In this document: positions 12,111 to 25,800 of the stretch, piece after piece
How the letters are laid out: every line of letters begins with the position of its first letter
Numbering within the stretch: position 1 is the first letter of the stretch
Assembly (NCBI GenBank): GCA_964234715.1
Contig: OZ174278.1
Origin: Podarcis melisellensis
Lineage: Eukaryota
Reading direction: 5' to 3' (one strand)
DNA: 64,000 bases
The notes under the pieces: generated by a model
Seen by the model: the letters and a program-made list of their open reading frames with translations, nothing else
The model's database searches: none
What the model was told of the DNA's origin: nothing
Made by a program: the position numbers and the translations under genes

Positions 12111-15100
12111 TATATTATGTTGGTACTACCCTTAGATACTTCCTTTATGGAAGAGTAGATAAGAGAAAGCAAATGTTATGTCTTATCTCATGAGATCAGA
12201 AGGACACAAGTCAAGAGTGTTGGGAGACTCAAGCAGACCAATCCCCACCCCTTCTGTTTTCCATATTTATGTTTTAAATGACACTAAACATTCTGTGATT
12301 CCTGAAGGCCACTGAGCATGCTCAGTCCTTGCTGAACTGGTCTTTGTTTTCCTCCCTTTTTAAATTATCTGTGGACACAGTAGTACTACTAGCAGGTGAA
12401 ATCTAGCCTCTTAAAATGCTGCAGATTGCAAATTAGAATATTCTCAAGAAAAAATTGAAGCACCATCTTCTGCTTTGAAGGCCTCTGTGACATGTCCTTC
12501 CTTTGCTAGACAATTATCCTGAATAGATGCGATTGAAATTCAGGGTGGAGGAACAAGAAATTGGCACCCATCTTTAGAAAGATACCACAGCCAATTGGTA
12601 TGTCTCACCAGTGCTAGCCTTTGGGTAATTGCTGTCCATTACAGAGATCACAGCTAGATGGTAACTGAGGTTCAAATCCTGGGAGAAAGACCGGCCATCC
12701 AGAGTTCAGGTCAATATTATGAAGGAAAGTTGTTCTCTGGCTTTCGGTTCTTCTTCCACCTAGATCTTAAATAGGATTCTGTACAGATTTGGTCATTATA
12801 ATTGCTCAAAACAGGCTATGCAGACACCGGTTTCCCAAACTAGAGGGCATGGGCCATTCCTCAAGTTGGAGACTTCTCATCCCTCCCTGAATTTATTTAA
12901 TCTTCATTCTAGCTTTCTATCCAAACTCTTCCATATTTAAATTGACTACAAGACATCTGATCTCAGTGGGGTTGAAGACCTGACCAATTCAAGTAATGCC
13001 ATCTCAAAAGTATTCTCAGAATAGTCTACCGATATGATACAGTGTGAACAAGATTTTGTAGGCTTATGCAGGAAGCCAAAAATATGAGTCAAAGCAAGTG
13101 TGTGCTGTATACTGGATTTCTGGCAAGATGGTCTGTGGGGAGGGAACCATCTGTACAATGTAATTCTAATTGACTCGGTATCATAGAGAAATTTTGTCCT
13201 GACCATTATTAGAAGCATATTGTTTTGTTATGACCCATATTGGGATTCCAGATGAGATAATATGGTAAATGTGAGTTCATTGTGAGTTGTGATTTTATGA
13301 TTGTCTCTCATGCTACTCTAGCTTACCCATCCAGAACAATAACTAGAAAGAGAACGTAATGGGAACTACATTAATTTCTGTAAAGACAATGGTGCCGGAA
13401 TGTTTAGTGTCTGTCTATATAGCATTTGATTAATGTTGTCATTAGACAAGCAAAAAGCTTGAAAGCAAGGAGCATTGTGAGCTAGGAAAATAGTTTCTTT
13501 CACACCAGGTTATCAAAACAAACTCTATTGCAGGTTTCTTTTCTTTATTTTGCCTTTTGCTGGTTTTCCTTTGTCCTTAGAAATGATTTTTTTTTGCTTC
13601 CTAGCCCATTTGTGTCTTATCTTTAAGTGCAGGAAGACCGTACGATGTTCCAGATGCTGTCCTCAGTCAGACTTTATCCAGCCTGTCTCCTACTAAATTG
13701 AGTATAACCCATACTGGAGTGCATCTCACCTCATCTGAAAAGGACAGCTTCACATATAAGTGCACAACTGACCTACTGTAGTTGATTAATAGAACAAATC
13801 CAAAGTCATAATATGTCAATAGCCAGTTTTATGTGGAACGCACACAAAAGGCATGACGAGATGAGCATCAGACAGGTTGTTAAGGAGACCCAACAACAAC
13901 AGTATTTCAGTGGAATGTTTGATTAGGTGATACAAGAGCAGTGTGGCTCCTAAAACAGATATAATTACTCTGATTGAATATGCAGCCAATCTCTGTTGCA
14001 GAAATCATATCACATGCACTCACAGTGTTACCTATAAAATAGCCCCAGTGAGGCTATAAAATTCAGGCCTATAAAATAAAGATAATTTTTTGGGGTTGTA
14101 TCCATTCATAGATTGCTCTTCAAAATTACTTCCCTGCCCTTCCTTTCACAGAGTGCTCCAATGGAGCAAAGAACGTTTTGTGACCAGAGGATACAGTACA
14201 TCATCCGTTACAATTTATCATATTTAAAGAATTTTGTCTTGTAATTTATTTTAATTATCTTATAAACTTCCTCAAAAATTAAAATTGAGGTGCAGGGTGT
14301 AAATATTTTAAATCAACAAATATGATATAGTTAAATTGTGTTACAGTTCCTGCAAAGCTGACTTTCAGGTCAAACAAATGAAACTAGAAGTTGTATAAGG
14401 CTGTGTTCTATTAAAAAAAGCTGTCAAGATATGACATATGAATGAATCAAAAATTTGAATAGAATCTATTTTTTATTAAAATTCTGAAGGAAACAGACCT
14501 CACCACATAATTTATACAGTTTGAATCAAAGGGCATAAAATTGTATAAATCAGTTATATACTCTCAACCACTTGATGAATGTGGTTAAAAAGTGATCTTA
14601 CATAATGATAACAGTGAGAATGTATTCATAGTTCAAGATATAATATATAATATAATAGTGAAGATAAATATGCAACTATTATTAAAATGCACAAACATGG
14701 TCAAGATCAACCCAAGATTAAATATTAGGGTTGAGAAAATAAAATGCAGAATAACCTGCGTTTAATAAGTTGTAAGTATTGCCTAAATAAAGAAAAGAGA
14801 AATAAAGTGCATATACTGGCAAAATAAATGAGTCTACAATGCTGGAGGCCAAGTAGAAATTTAAACAGCAGATCGCTATAAATATAAAATGTAATAATTA
14901 TGAAAATCAGAAATCTGGTCCAAGAGGCATTAGACTGTTAGATCACAGAGGTTTAAAAGGAGCATTCAGAGAAGACAGGGAAATTGCAGAGAAATGAAAC
15001 TAACTCTTTGCATATGTCTTCAGTGCAGAAGAGGTTAGAGAGATGAATACATGAACTGTTTTTAAGGTAACATATTGGACAAATCAGATCAACTAAAGGT

Positions 15101-15672
15101 GACAAAATAAGAGGTGTTTTTTTTTTATTTTTTAATGACAAACGTAACATTAGCCAGGATTGGATGATGATCATTAGAGAGTTTGTAAAAAGAATTCAGA
15201 GTTGTGAACTGAAAGAACTATAATGAAATCATTTCCTCTTTGATAAGTGGGTGTGTCACCCTAAATGGAGGAGAGGGGGGCTTCAGCTGATGGTTGAAGG
15301 CCTCCTACCACTATACAAAAGGTGCAAAAAAAATCTCTTTCCTGGATTAATCGTTTCCAATTATTGCATGTCTGAAGTTGGGGTTTTTTTGGCTCAATGT
15401 GTATAACTTTACACATCCTAACATTGAACATTACTTGCTATTTTGTAGCCTGTTTAACCCATTTAGAGATATGCTGTTGGAACTCTTCATAGTCTGTGTA
15501 GGATTTCCCCATCCTAAATCATTTGATTTTATCTACAAACGTGGCTACTGCACTGCTCACCCCTTATGAAGGGATGAGCATCAGACAGGTTAAGGTGAAA
15601 ACTTTGTATCCATCTTCGTTGCAGAATACAGGATACAAAGTGTTCAGTCGCGGTCTTTGCAAATGTTCCATA

Positions 15673-15898
15673 CAGTGGTATTTCGGGTTACAGACACTTC
15701 AGTTTACAGACTCCGCTAACTCAGAAATAGTACCCCGGGTTAAGAACTTTGCTTCAGGCTGAGAACAGAAATTGCGCAGCAGCGTCATAGTGGCAGCGGG
15801 AGGCCCCATTAGCTAAAGTGGTACCTCAGGTTAAGAACCATTTTAGGTTAAGAATGGACCTCCAGAACGAATTAAGTTCTTAACCAGAGGTACCACTG
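15673..15898. mobile_element. TcMar/Tigger-like MITE, family A copy 2
   Basis: Same TIRs, interior and TA TSD as copy 1. Confidence 0.9.
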
Positions 15899-16204
15899 TA
15901 CTTGCATTTTATAGCTTCCTTCGCTCAGCTTTAAACTATGGTTCTTTATGCTGTCTTGTTTGAAAGCTGTTAGCTGTGGCTTGGGACACTTGTGAAGCTA
16001 TAGTTAGTTGCCATATTTCAAAAAGTTAAAATCCAGACACAAAAATTGTTGAGCTTTTCTTTTGGCAAAGTTGTAGAGTTTTCGGGGTGGTTTGTTGTTG
16101 TTTTGACCAAAGTCGTTCAGTGTTTCTTGCAATATTGCAAAAAAGAAAGAAAGAAATCTTTAGGCTACTCTTAAGGAAATTCAGCAAGATCTAGACTTCT
16201 GACA

Positions 16205-16318
16205 TGGGTTGCCATACGTCCAGATTCTCCCAGACATTTCAGTGATTTCCTCCAGACACTGCTTGAGACTGCCATATTCCGGCTATGTGCGGGAAATTCC
16301 GGGCTTATGGCAACCCTA
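16205..16318. mobile_element. Short non-autonomous DNA element (GGGTTGCCATA...TATGGCAACCC TIR)
   Basis: 11-bp terminal inverted repeats; related ends at ~16005 and ~21530. Confidence 0.6.
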
Positions 16319-17950
16319 CTTGAAGTGAAACAGTCTACAGTTTCAGAGGTCTGAGAAAATATGAGGCAAAGGTTGGGGTCTTGGTTTAAAATAAGAGGGC
16401 AGGTTTTAAAAATATGTGCAGTTATAAAAATCACCATTTAGCCATGGACACCCTAATAGGAAAGCAGTCTGTGACAATATCATTTTTCTCAGATTTCTCC
16501 TGATATTTACAGCAGTATTCTTGTTATCATTCCTTCCTTAATTAGTTCACATATTGCCCTTAACCCCTGGCCTACCTGGCGGCAAGTCAGTATGTTGACT
16601 CCCCAGTCCAGGGTCAATCCATGTGTCCAAAGTCCCGCAGAGATCCTGGCAGTTCCAAGCTGAGGTCCATCAACGTGGGCAGTTGAACAGACACAGCACC
16701 TCTGCTCTGCTACCCTTTTATACTTTGCATGCTGATTGCAGCATCTGGGTTGTGTGGCCCTCACTTCTTCCAAGCCTTCTACAGCTGAGGAATCACACCT
16801 CTCCTCCCAGAGTTAGCAAGCCCCACCTGGCCAGCTGGGCTGTGGGCCCTTGCCTGCCTTGGCCTCCTGAAGCACCTTGCCCACTGCTCCCTATGCCTCA
16901 AAGCCCGCCATGTTCATGGAGACACCTCTGGCTCTGGTGATGGGTCCTGCTGCTCTGGTTCCTGGCTCCCATCCCCTCATGATCCTCTGTCACCCTACAC
17001 CAACCTCTCCTTCCTGATCCCCTGCTTTCCCCAGTGTGTTCCAGTCCCACCTACACCTCTCACCAGGATCCTCTTCTTCTGCATTGTTCTGCCAGTTCAT
17101 GACACATATACAGAGATTTTATGAATGTTGGAAAACTGGTGATGTTTGACAGTCCCAACCAATTTTTCGATACACTGGTGAAACTTTAACATTTAAATAA
17201 GATTCCTTCATGTGTGAATCGCTTGTGAAGGAGGCATCATGTGATTGCCATTAGTAGAATCACACTGCTGGCACTAACCGCAGATGTTAGTGTGAACTAT
17301 CTACACCAAGCATTCCAATGTATAGACGGCTTCCATAAGATTAGAAATCATGCAAGACTGACAGGAATTACTGCCATTATATTGTCTCTCTGTGCAGTTT
17401 TGTACTTTCACTAGTACTGTACAAGTCCAGAAAATGGGAACGGATACTGGTGAATGCTTTGACACTCGCAGCGTCCGTCTGGGATTAACTACAGTTATTC
17501 ACTATACCCTCTCAGAGGCTTGTATTTATTCATATTCTTTGAAGGATGTGTACTCAATGATAGAAGTATAAAAGAAGTGATGATTGAATCACTACTGATC
17601 GCAGCAGTTGAATCTTGCTTATGGTAAGATATGGTGTAGGACTTGGGAATAATTCATACCATTGGTGGTTAATGTCTTGCATTGCAGCCTGCTTGCTATA
17701 AGAGAATCACATAGTGAAATCTGTGGACTTTTTCCTGTTCTCGGTGCATCATCTCGGCCTAAAACAGACCATGAGACAAAAGTATTGGCAACTTTCAGCT
17801 GCACCTAGATCTCAGACTCCAGTACTGTGTCCACCTACTGTTATACAGTACTGAATGAGCTAATCTTGCTAGGCGACACCATGATCTTGATGTGGATAAT
17901 TAGAAACAGTGCAGATCATGCTGTCTCAATTTATTTATTTCATTTCTATA

Positions 17951-18181
17951 CAGTGGTACCTCGGGTTACAGACGCTTCAGGTTACAGATGCTTCAGGTTA
18001 CAGACTCCGCTAACCCAGAAATAGTACCTCGGGTTAAGAACTTTGCTTCAGGATGAGAACAGAAATCCTGTGGCGGCAGCCAGAGGCCCTATTAGCTCAA
18101 GTGGTACCTCAGGTTAAGAACAAATTCAGGTTAAGAACGGACCTCTGGAACGAATTAAGTTCTTAACCGGAGGTACCACTG
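17951..18181. mobile_element. TcMar/Tigger-like MITE, family A copy 3
   Basis: Same TIRs, interior and TA TSD as copy 1. Confidence 0.92.
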
Positions 18182-18474
18182 TACCAGCTTTCTGGTAAAG
18201 CACTGAAAGCAATTTTCATTTCAACATATGAAAAAAAATGTATGTACTTTTGTCTTGGGCTGTTGATGGTCTCAGAAGGTGAATGACATGGTCCGGGCTT
18301 CTCATCTGCTTTTTTCAGGGCACGGGGGTCAGTTACCAAAATACACCATTTTCATTTTCTTCTTCCCCAACCTTCTCCTTAACCTCCAATATGAAATTAA
18401 TTTTATGGGAATTGTAATCACTATTTTGTTTACAGTGCTTCTGATAATGAGTAGCGTTCATAAAGTGAAACACC

Positions 18475-18630
18475 AAGTATGGTTTAGTGGTTATAGTGTT
18501 CAATTAGGATTGGGGACACCCAAGTTCAGATCCTCCATCAGCTATGAAGCTCACTGTGTAATCTTGGGCTTGCCACTCACATAGCCTAACCTGTTTCAAG
18601 GAGTTGTAGGGTGGAGTAAATATGGGACTA
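18475..18630 (+). mobile_element. Degenerate tRNA-derived (MIR/CORE-like) SINE
   Basis: A-box-like TGGTTTAGTGG, B-box-like GTTCAGATCC, then CTATGAAGCTCACTG; similar relics at ~28420 and ~59200. Confidence 0.6.
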
Positions 18631-21600
18631 GACATGAAAATGAAGGCAAATGGAAAGTAAAGATAATGAAGGAGGTGAGTTTTGAAATGGGAGTGAAGAA
18701 GTTGGTTAATAGCATGGAGCCAGGCAGAAACTAGAAGATAAGATTCCGTTGGTAGGGGGCAGCCAGGAAATAGAAATAGTGTGGGGTTTTTTGAGATAAT
18801 GGAGACTACTAGAGGAGCAAACAAGAATTGGGGGGGGGGAGAGAGAAATAGATAGTAACAACATGGGAATTTAACATATCAGAAAGAGATATGTTAAAGT
18901 TTCTCTTTAAGCCATAGGTTAAAACCTGTGGTCCTCCAGGTGTTGCTTGGCCAGCATGGACAATGGTTAGGGATGTTGGGAACTGTAGGACAGCAGCATC
19001 TGGAGGGTCATAGGCTCCCCATCCCTGGTTTAAGCTAAACAAACTCATCCTTCATTCTACATAGCTTCTGGTCTCCTGGACGTAGGTGGTTGGACTGCAG
19101 CTACAGCAACTGATTTTAATGAGTGAAGTAAACTGAGTCAAAGGTCTTCATTTTCTGCATCAGCAAAGGTTGAAGCCCACTTGACCCACCATGGGCATTT
19201 TTCGTTCCTATAGATACTTCAGTGTCTGAGGGTTAAGCGTTTCTGCAAGGATGATTTGTACCTGGCTGACAATATTCAAGTACAAAATAGACATCTGTCT
19301 GATTAGTGTGTCAGATAAGAAAGTTCCACATATATAGATTAACTGTTTTTACATTTAAGATGCACATAAACCGGGAGTGGGAAAGAATTTAGCTTTTTGT
19401 TGCACGTAATTTGAACAAGAAAGCAACATCTGTACATGTGTGTGCTCTTCGTATTGCATGAAATGAGCATGCTTTTCAGTTTTGCTTTTAATTTTATTTA
19501 TAAAAATACTTATTATCCTATACACTCCAGTCACATATTCAAAGTGGTCTTGAGGAGGAACAATCTAAAACACAAAAAGGCAAACAATACTAAAACAGCA
19601 GTGCAAATCCAAACCAGAGAATAAGCAAAATAGACACTAATAAAACGTGCCAATACACAGAAGTGTTTTTAACCTGTGCCCAGTGAAGTATCTAATCAGG
19701 TCAAATGAGGCAAAAACAGTCTCCACAATGTGGCTCTAGTGAGAAGAGCTTGTCATGTGTACACCACATTGGAGGGAGAGCAGGTACAGGAAGCAGAGCC
19801 TTCCTTAACTATTGCAGGCAGGCTCATGTGGGAGCCAGCAGTCCTTCAGATATTCAGCTTTCAGACCATTTAGGGCTTTAAAGGTCAAAACCAGCAAGTT
19901 CAATTCATCCCGGTTTCAAACTGAGAACAATGAATAGGTGCAACGTTGATATTTTATGACTGAATAAAAGAGCAGCTGCATTTGTAGCAATTGAAATTTT
20001 ACATAAACATGGACACCCAAGCATAGCAAAGGAACAAGTTTGTGAAAAGGCCAGCTATATGAATAAAAATAATAATGAAAGGAAGGGGAAAGAAGAATGA
20101 CTAGAACCTCTGGTTTCAGCTGTGCATTGGGAAATGCAGTCCTGAATGTGAGACCAGAGATAATTCCAGACATTGCCTGGTAATTTGAATTTGATTTAGT
20201 CCTGCCATGTGACTTTTCATTAATATATATTTCTTTTTTTTTTAAAGGAAATCAATAAACTTCCCTGCCAGTTTTATTTGTTATGTGCACAGCCCCAAAT
20301 GTAACTTACAAATCTATTGTTTCATATAATCATAATTTGAATACATAAGTAAAACTGAACTACGATCAGTACCAATGTGAATTGTGTTATTTATTCACTT
20401 AGATAATTTATATACCGCTTAATCACAGTTGTCTCTGATGTGCCATATTTCTACATCAAACTCAGCGATACAATTAAAGATAAAATCAGCTGAAAAATAT
20501 AAAATAAGAAATGTGGGAGTTCCACAAAATCCCGTTGATAAAACAGAGTTGATGTAGACAGTCTTACAAGCTGTTTAAAGTAAGGTAGATTGGTTGTTGT
20601 TTGCAGGGACAAAACCTATGGCAGCTGGAGGTGTTTTTGTCTATACAGTTACATGCAGTGCTGCTGAGACATGTCTTGACTTCTTGTACTGTTCCCAGAA
20701 CTAGCAGGGCTTGGTGATTCCTGTCCTGCTGCTTCTGCCTGCCCACACAGGCTCCAGCTGCCGGCTGATCAGCTAGGGGGTGGGCTCTTGCAGAAGTCTC
20801 AGCTCACAGGTTATGCCCATTCAGATTGGCAGCTGCACAAACAAATCAGTAATCATGCCCTTGTCACGAATCCAAGACCTCTGGTGCTTGGATGGGCAGG
20901 TCCTGCAGCCAATCAGATGCATTGTCTTGTATAGCCTAAAAGCAGCTGCCTCTTTTCACATGCTGGGGTGCTAGACTGTGGGCCATCTCACCCCAACCAG
21001 AGAGAAACAGGTCAGAGATCTCTGCTTGCCCACCCTGCCAAAAGCTACTGGTGTCATTTGCAGATGCTACACTCATCCACTGGTGAAACATATTGCAGGG
21101 CGGCAGTACAGCAGAAGAACCAATCCAGAGGACTGGGAAGAGGAGGCGGGACTTCCAGGACTTGAAATAAAAGCCTCCATTCTGTTATAAACAGAGGGAG
21201 AGGTATAGAGCAATGAGAGGACAAGTTGAGAGGGAGGTGAGATTGGTATAAACCACATCAAATGCAGATGCAAAAATATGAGCAGAAGCAGCCCAGGCCA
21301 GCAAGGCATTGTGGGAGAAGGACCAGCTAAATCTCAGGACCCCTGATTCCAGTATCACAGCAGCAGTTTGCCATGGCTATGTAGAAACCTGTCTCCCTTG
21401 CAGGACACTCCTATTTTATGTTGATGTTCTCCTAGGGTGGGTGAATAATCCAAAACGTCTCCCAATGTCTCCCAAATGAAAAGTAAGGAGCAACTTTCGA
21501 GGTGTCCTGGCTTTTTACTTTTTGAAATATGGCAACCCTACCTATCTGTACTTTCAAGATGCTTAAACCCAGATGCTTACACTAAGGACTAAACTTACAG

Positions 21601-22859
21601 GGTTCCTGATTCTTACTTGAAATTTCTGGACTAAATTAAAAGTCACAAAGGCAGCTATAGTTATTTGCTTAGGTGCTTACCGCATTCATGTATAAATCCA
21701 TTATTATTTTCCATTGTAAGAGAAGTACGGGTGAGGGCAGTAGAACCTTCCCCCTCAATATTGTATCTCTCATCTGGAGATGAGCACCACATCCTATAGT
21801 CACCCCATGTTTAGATTTTAGCCTCAATGCTTTCTCTTAATTGGTGCTATTTTTCTAGAAACAGAGGTGCTGGAACTCACCCTTGTTCTCTTATAATGGC
21901 AGTGGTGCCCACCTCCTAATGCAGATTCTGCATTTTATGCAAGGTCACTTATCCTACATCTTCAGATCTTTGTTTACAATGGGCCGAGAATCGTTTTAAC
22001 TAAATCTCTGACTAGGCTTTACCCATATTTATTGGCTGCTGGTTTTGCACTTCTGTGATTTCCTTCTCTGAGCATTATAAATGGTTATTTCAAAAATCGA
22101 ATAGAATCAAATTAAATTGAATCCAGTTTTTCACGTTACATTGTTCAAGAGATTTAGTTGAGTAAAGATGTACTTTCACACAGACTTTGGCTACATTTTT
22201 TCCATATAGCCTCCTTAATATTTTTGATGAGATGAAATAGTTGTCAGATTAGGAATCACTTTAATTCTTTCCCTTTTTACTCAAATGTTGTTACTTACAG
22301 AAATGGCTACAGTGTTTATATTCAGAATATTGTTTTGTGTTTCTGTAATGGGAAATGCCATTTGCTGAAGCAATATGCATAGCAATATGTATTGCCTGTG
22401 GCAGTGAAATACCTTTAAGGCCTGGGCCTTCACTGTTTGAAAGCAACTTTTGTGAAGGAAATTGCCTTTGTTGATGATACTTCACTTTAAATGTGTTCCC
22501 TGTTTTGTTACTCAGGCAAAATAGAAAGCCACAGCACCTTGAATTATATTTTTGGCTGTGTTACTTTGTCCAGAAGAGACTTTGGATGCTTTAGATATGC
22601 AGTACTTTTATATACTAAAATAAATATATTTTAAATATATGGGTAGATGTTCTTTAAAAATTGCAATAAAATCATTGTAATTCATAGAACATGCTGTAAT
22701 TCAGAGATAAATATAAAATACAATCTGTGTATTTGATTGCAGGTAACAGAGTTAAATGTGCCAGCAATTTCAAGCACAGTTTGATATTTCCTATAATGAA
22801 ATATAATGCAAAAAAATTAAACATCCAATATCAATGGTTTCTAAACGGTTTTGATATTT

Positions 22860-23797
22860 NNNNNNNNNNNNNNNNNNNNNNNNNNNNNNNNNNNNNNNNN
22901 NNNNNNNNNNNNNNNNNNNNNNNNNNNNNNNNNNNNNNNNNNNNNNNNNNNNNNNNNNNNNNNNNNNNNNNNNNNNNNNNNNNNNNNNNNNNNNNNNNNN
23001 NNNNNNNNNNNNNNNNNNNNNNNNNNNNNNNNNNNNNNNNNNNNNNNNNNNNNNNNNNNNNNNNNNNNNNNNNNNNNNNNNNNNNNNNNNNNNNNNNNNN
23101 NNNNNNNNNNNNNNNNNNNNNNNNNNNNNNNNNNNNNNNNNNNNNNNNNNNNNNNNNNNNNNNNNNNNNNNNNNNNNNNNNNNNNNNNNNNNNNNNNNNN
23201 NNNNNNNNNNNNNNNNNNNNNNNNNNNNNNNNNNNNNNNNNNNNNNNNNNNNNNNNNNNNNNNNNNNNNNNNNNNNNNNNNNNNNNNNNNNNNNNNNNNN
23301 NNNNNNNNNNNNNNNNNNNNNNNNNNNNNNNNNNNNNNNNNNNNNNNNNNNNNNNNNNNNNNNNNNNNNNNNNNNNNNNNNNNNNNNNNNNNNNNNNNNN
23401 NNNNNNNNNNNNNNNNNNNNNNNNNNNNNNNNNNNNNNNNNNNNNNNNNNNNNNNNNNNNNNNNNNNNNNNNNNNNNNNNNNNNNNNNNNNNNNNNNNNN
23501 NNNNNNNNNNNNNNNNNNNNNNNNNNNNNNNNNNNNNNNNNNNNNNNNNNNNNNNNNNNNNNNNNNNNNNNNNNNNNNNNNNNNNNNNNNNNNNNNNNNN
23601 NNNNNNNNNNNNNNNNNNNNNNNNNNNNNNNNNNNNNNNNNNNNNNNNNNNNNNNNNNNNNNNNNNNNNNNNNNNNNNNNNNNNNNNNNNNNNNNNNNNN
23701 NNNNNNNNNNNNNNNNNNNNNNNNNNNNNNNNNNNNNNNNNNNNNNNNNNNNNNNNNNNNNNNNNNNNNNNNNNNNNNNNNNNNNNNNNNNNNNNNN
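22860..23797. other. Assembly gap (N run); other gaps at 8949-9143, 9502-9763, 35820-36071, 36291-36438
   Basis: Runs of N. Confidence 1.
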
Positions 23798-24779
23798 ACC
23801 CCCACATACACGCACAAAAAATAAATAAAATAAATTTTGTCCAGTGTGGTTGACAGTATTTTTATATCCCCCAGCAAGGGGGCACATGCAATTTCCCTCA
23901 GAGGTACAAATACAAAACACCTTTTTAGCCCAGCCCCTGATACAGTCATTTCATCCTTTTGAAATACATTTATCACTTTTCAGGGTAACTTTGCTCTCAT
24001 GGAAGATGGTAAAGTCACCACTCTCACCTTCTGATACCAGCCTACAATATCCTCCTTACATGTTCTTTATGCTTTTACAAGTGGCCAGGCTTCTCGGCCA
24101 GACCTCCTTACTTACATCTGCAATAACTCTGTTCCCTAGTGCTGGCCTATTGCAGGGGAAAATGGCTCCTTGTGTTGATTTGAATCTGAACTAGACCAAT
24201 AGTGAATGGAGTCATAATCACACTTCTAAATATTTGTGAGATCACTGTAATAAAGCACTCAGACCCTGTTTCTTATTCAGCCTAGAAGCTGTATTTTTGT
24301 ATTGGCATAAGAAAAGTGAGGATAATTATTTTTAAGAAAGGGGATTCTGCTTTCGGAATAACGCTGGTAGGCTTCAGCAGCCAATGGTGATAGTGTCAGT
24401 GGTTTTTGTTTGAAGCGCTTTGTTTTGTTGATAAGAGAGAGAGATAATTTTCATATATTCAATATGTTTTGCTGTTAAAAAAACCATTCAGGACAGAACA
24501 GAAGAATTATTTATTTGGATACTTGTAGTATGTCAGGTGCTTTCCAAACAGAAGAATAAAAATAGCATTCTCTAACCCGAAGTATATACGAAACATTGGG
24601 ACGCGGTGAAGAATGGAGAGAATTTTGAGTGCATTTGTCAAAACCAGTAACACAGTTTTAGATGTCCTTAAGTATTAGTTGTCACTTTCTCTGATCTTCA
24701 GCATATTATATGTAAATTAGTCCTGTTGAAATAGATGTAACTTCATTTCTGTGCCATGTCTTTCGAACTAGATATAAGA

Positions 24780-25800
24780 CTTCATTGGTCTGTGTCTACA
24801 AACGAATAGGTTAGCAGAGAGTCTACACAGCAGAACACCATTTATGTTAATCTAACAAGCTGATGTTCTACCAGCAGTTATGTTATATAGCTGCCTCATC
24901 TCTTAGCATTGCTGCTAGTTATGTTTTCCTTCATATTGACATAGCAGAAATGGCAAAGCTAAGGTTAACGCCATGAATAAGGGTGTTGTGTATTATAAAG
25001 TGGGGAACCCATGTAATTAAAAAAGGCTTGCCTTAACTGATTTCATAATTGACAGAATATTTATTTAACTTGCTGTAAATTGACACACCTCTAGACAGAG
25101 ACAATTATGACTGACTGTATAACATCTGACAGAACCAATTATGACTGACTGTTGTTTGCTACCTTTGCAAAGAAATAAATGAAACACAGATATTTAGAAC
25201 AGAGACTGCTGCCTGTGTGCCTGTGCTTGCTATAATTAAAATACAATAACCAGTAGGTGAAGTAAAAATATGGTTCCTAATGGTTTCTAATTTAGCATAT
25301 TCTTAAAGTCTTCAAATAAAACTGTTAGCATGAGAACTAAATAGGAATGATGCACTGGGTCCTTAAGACACAAGTGTAGTAGTATATGTTAAGTATGTAT
25401 GTGTGTGCATGTCAAGCTATTTGAAACTGAATATATGTGCAATATATTTTTGTGCATGCACACACAACATACACACTGAACATTAATAAAAGCTAAGCTT
25501 TTTGACACAATAATTGAGTGGGTTTGCTGATTAATAATAATATTATGAAAAGCCCTGGTTGTCCATTCAGTTATATGTAAAATATAAAAGCCTTCCATAT
25601 AAATGAAAGCAATTAAAAATACTTGGTTTCTACTTTCAGCTTATGTGGGCACCATTTATTGAAAGGAAAATTATATAATTCAGATATTTTGAAACAAGAC
25701 TGAACGATCACAATCCTATTAGCATCAACCATCAAACTAAGTCAATCAGTGTTTCATCTCAGTTACCAGAAAAGGGCCATTTTCCAATTAGGTTTAAAGA
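24780..25800. promoter_or_regulatory. Candidate ultraconserved ARX forebrain enhancer (positional equivalent of mammalian uc.467/hs121)
   Basis: TE-free AT-rich block ~6 kb upstream of the last POLA1 exon with clustered TAATT/CAATTA and TGACAG motifs. Orthology is inferred from position only. Confidence 0.6.

Noticed and set aside
16522-17104. TG...CA-bounded GC-richer segment (and 20862-21350) resembling solo LTRs
   Set aside because: No convincing TSD, PBS/PPT or second copy seen; left unassigned.
22727-23976. 300+ aa ORFs (likewise 8616-9886 and 35806-36661)
   Set aside because: Artefacts of translating through N gaps.
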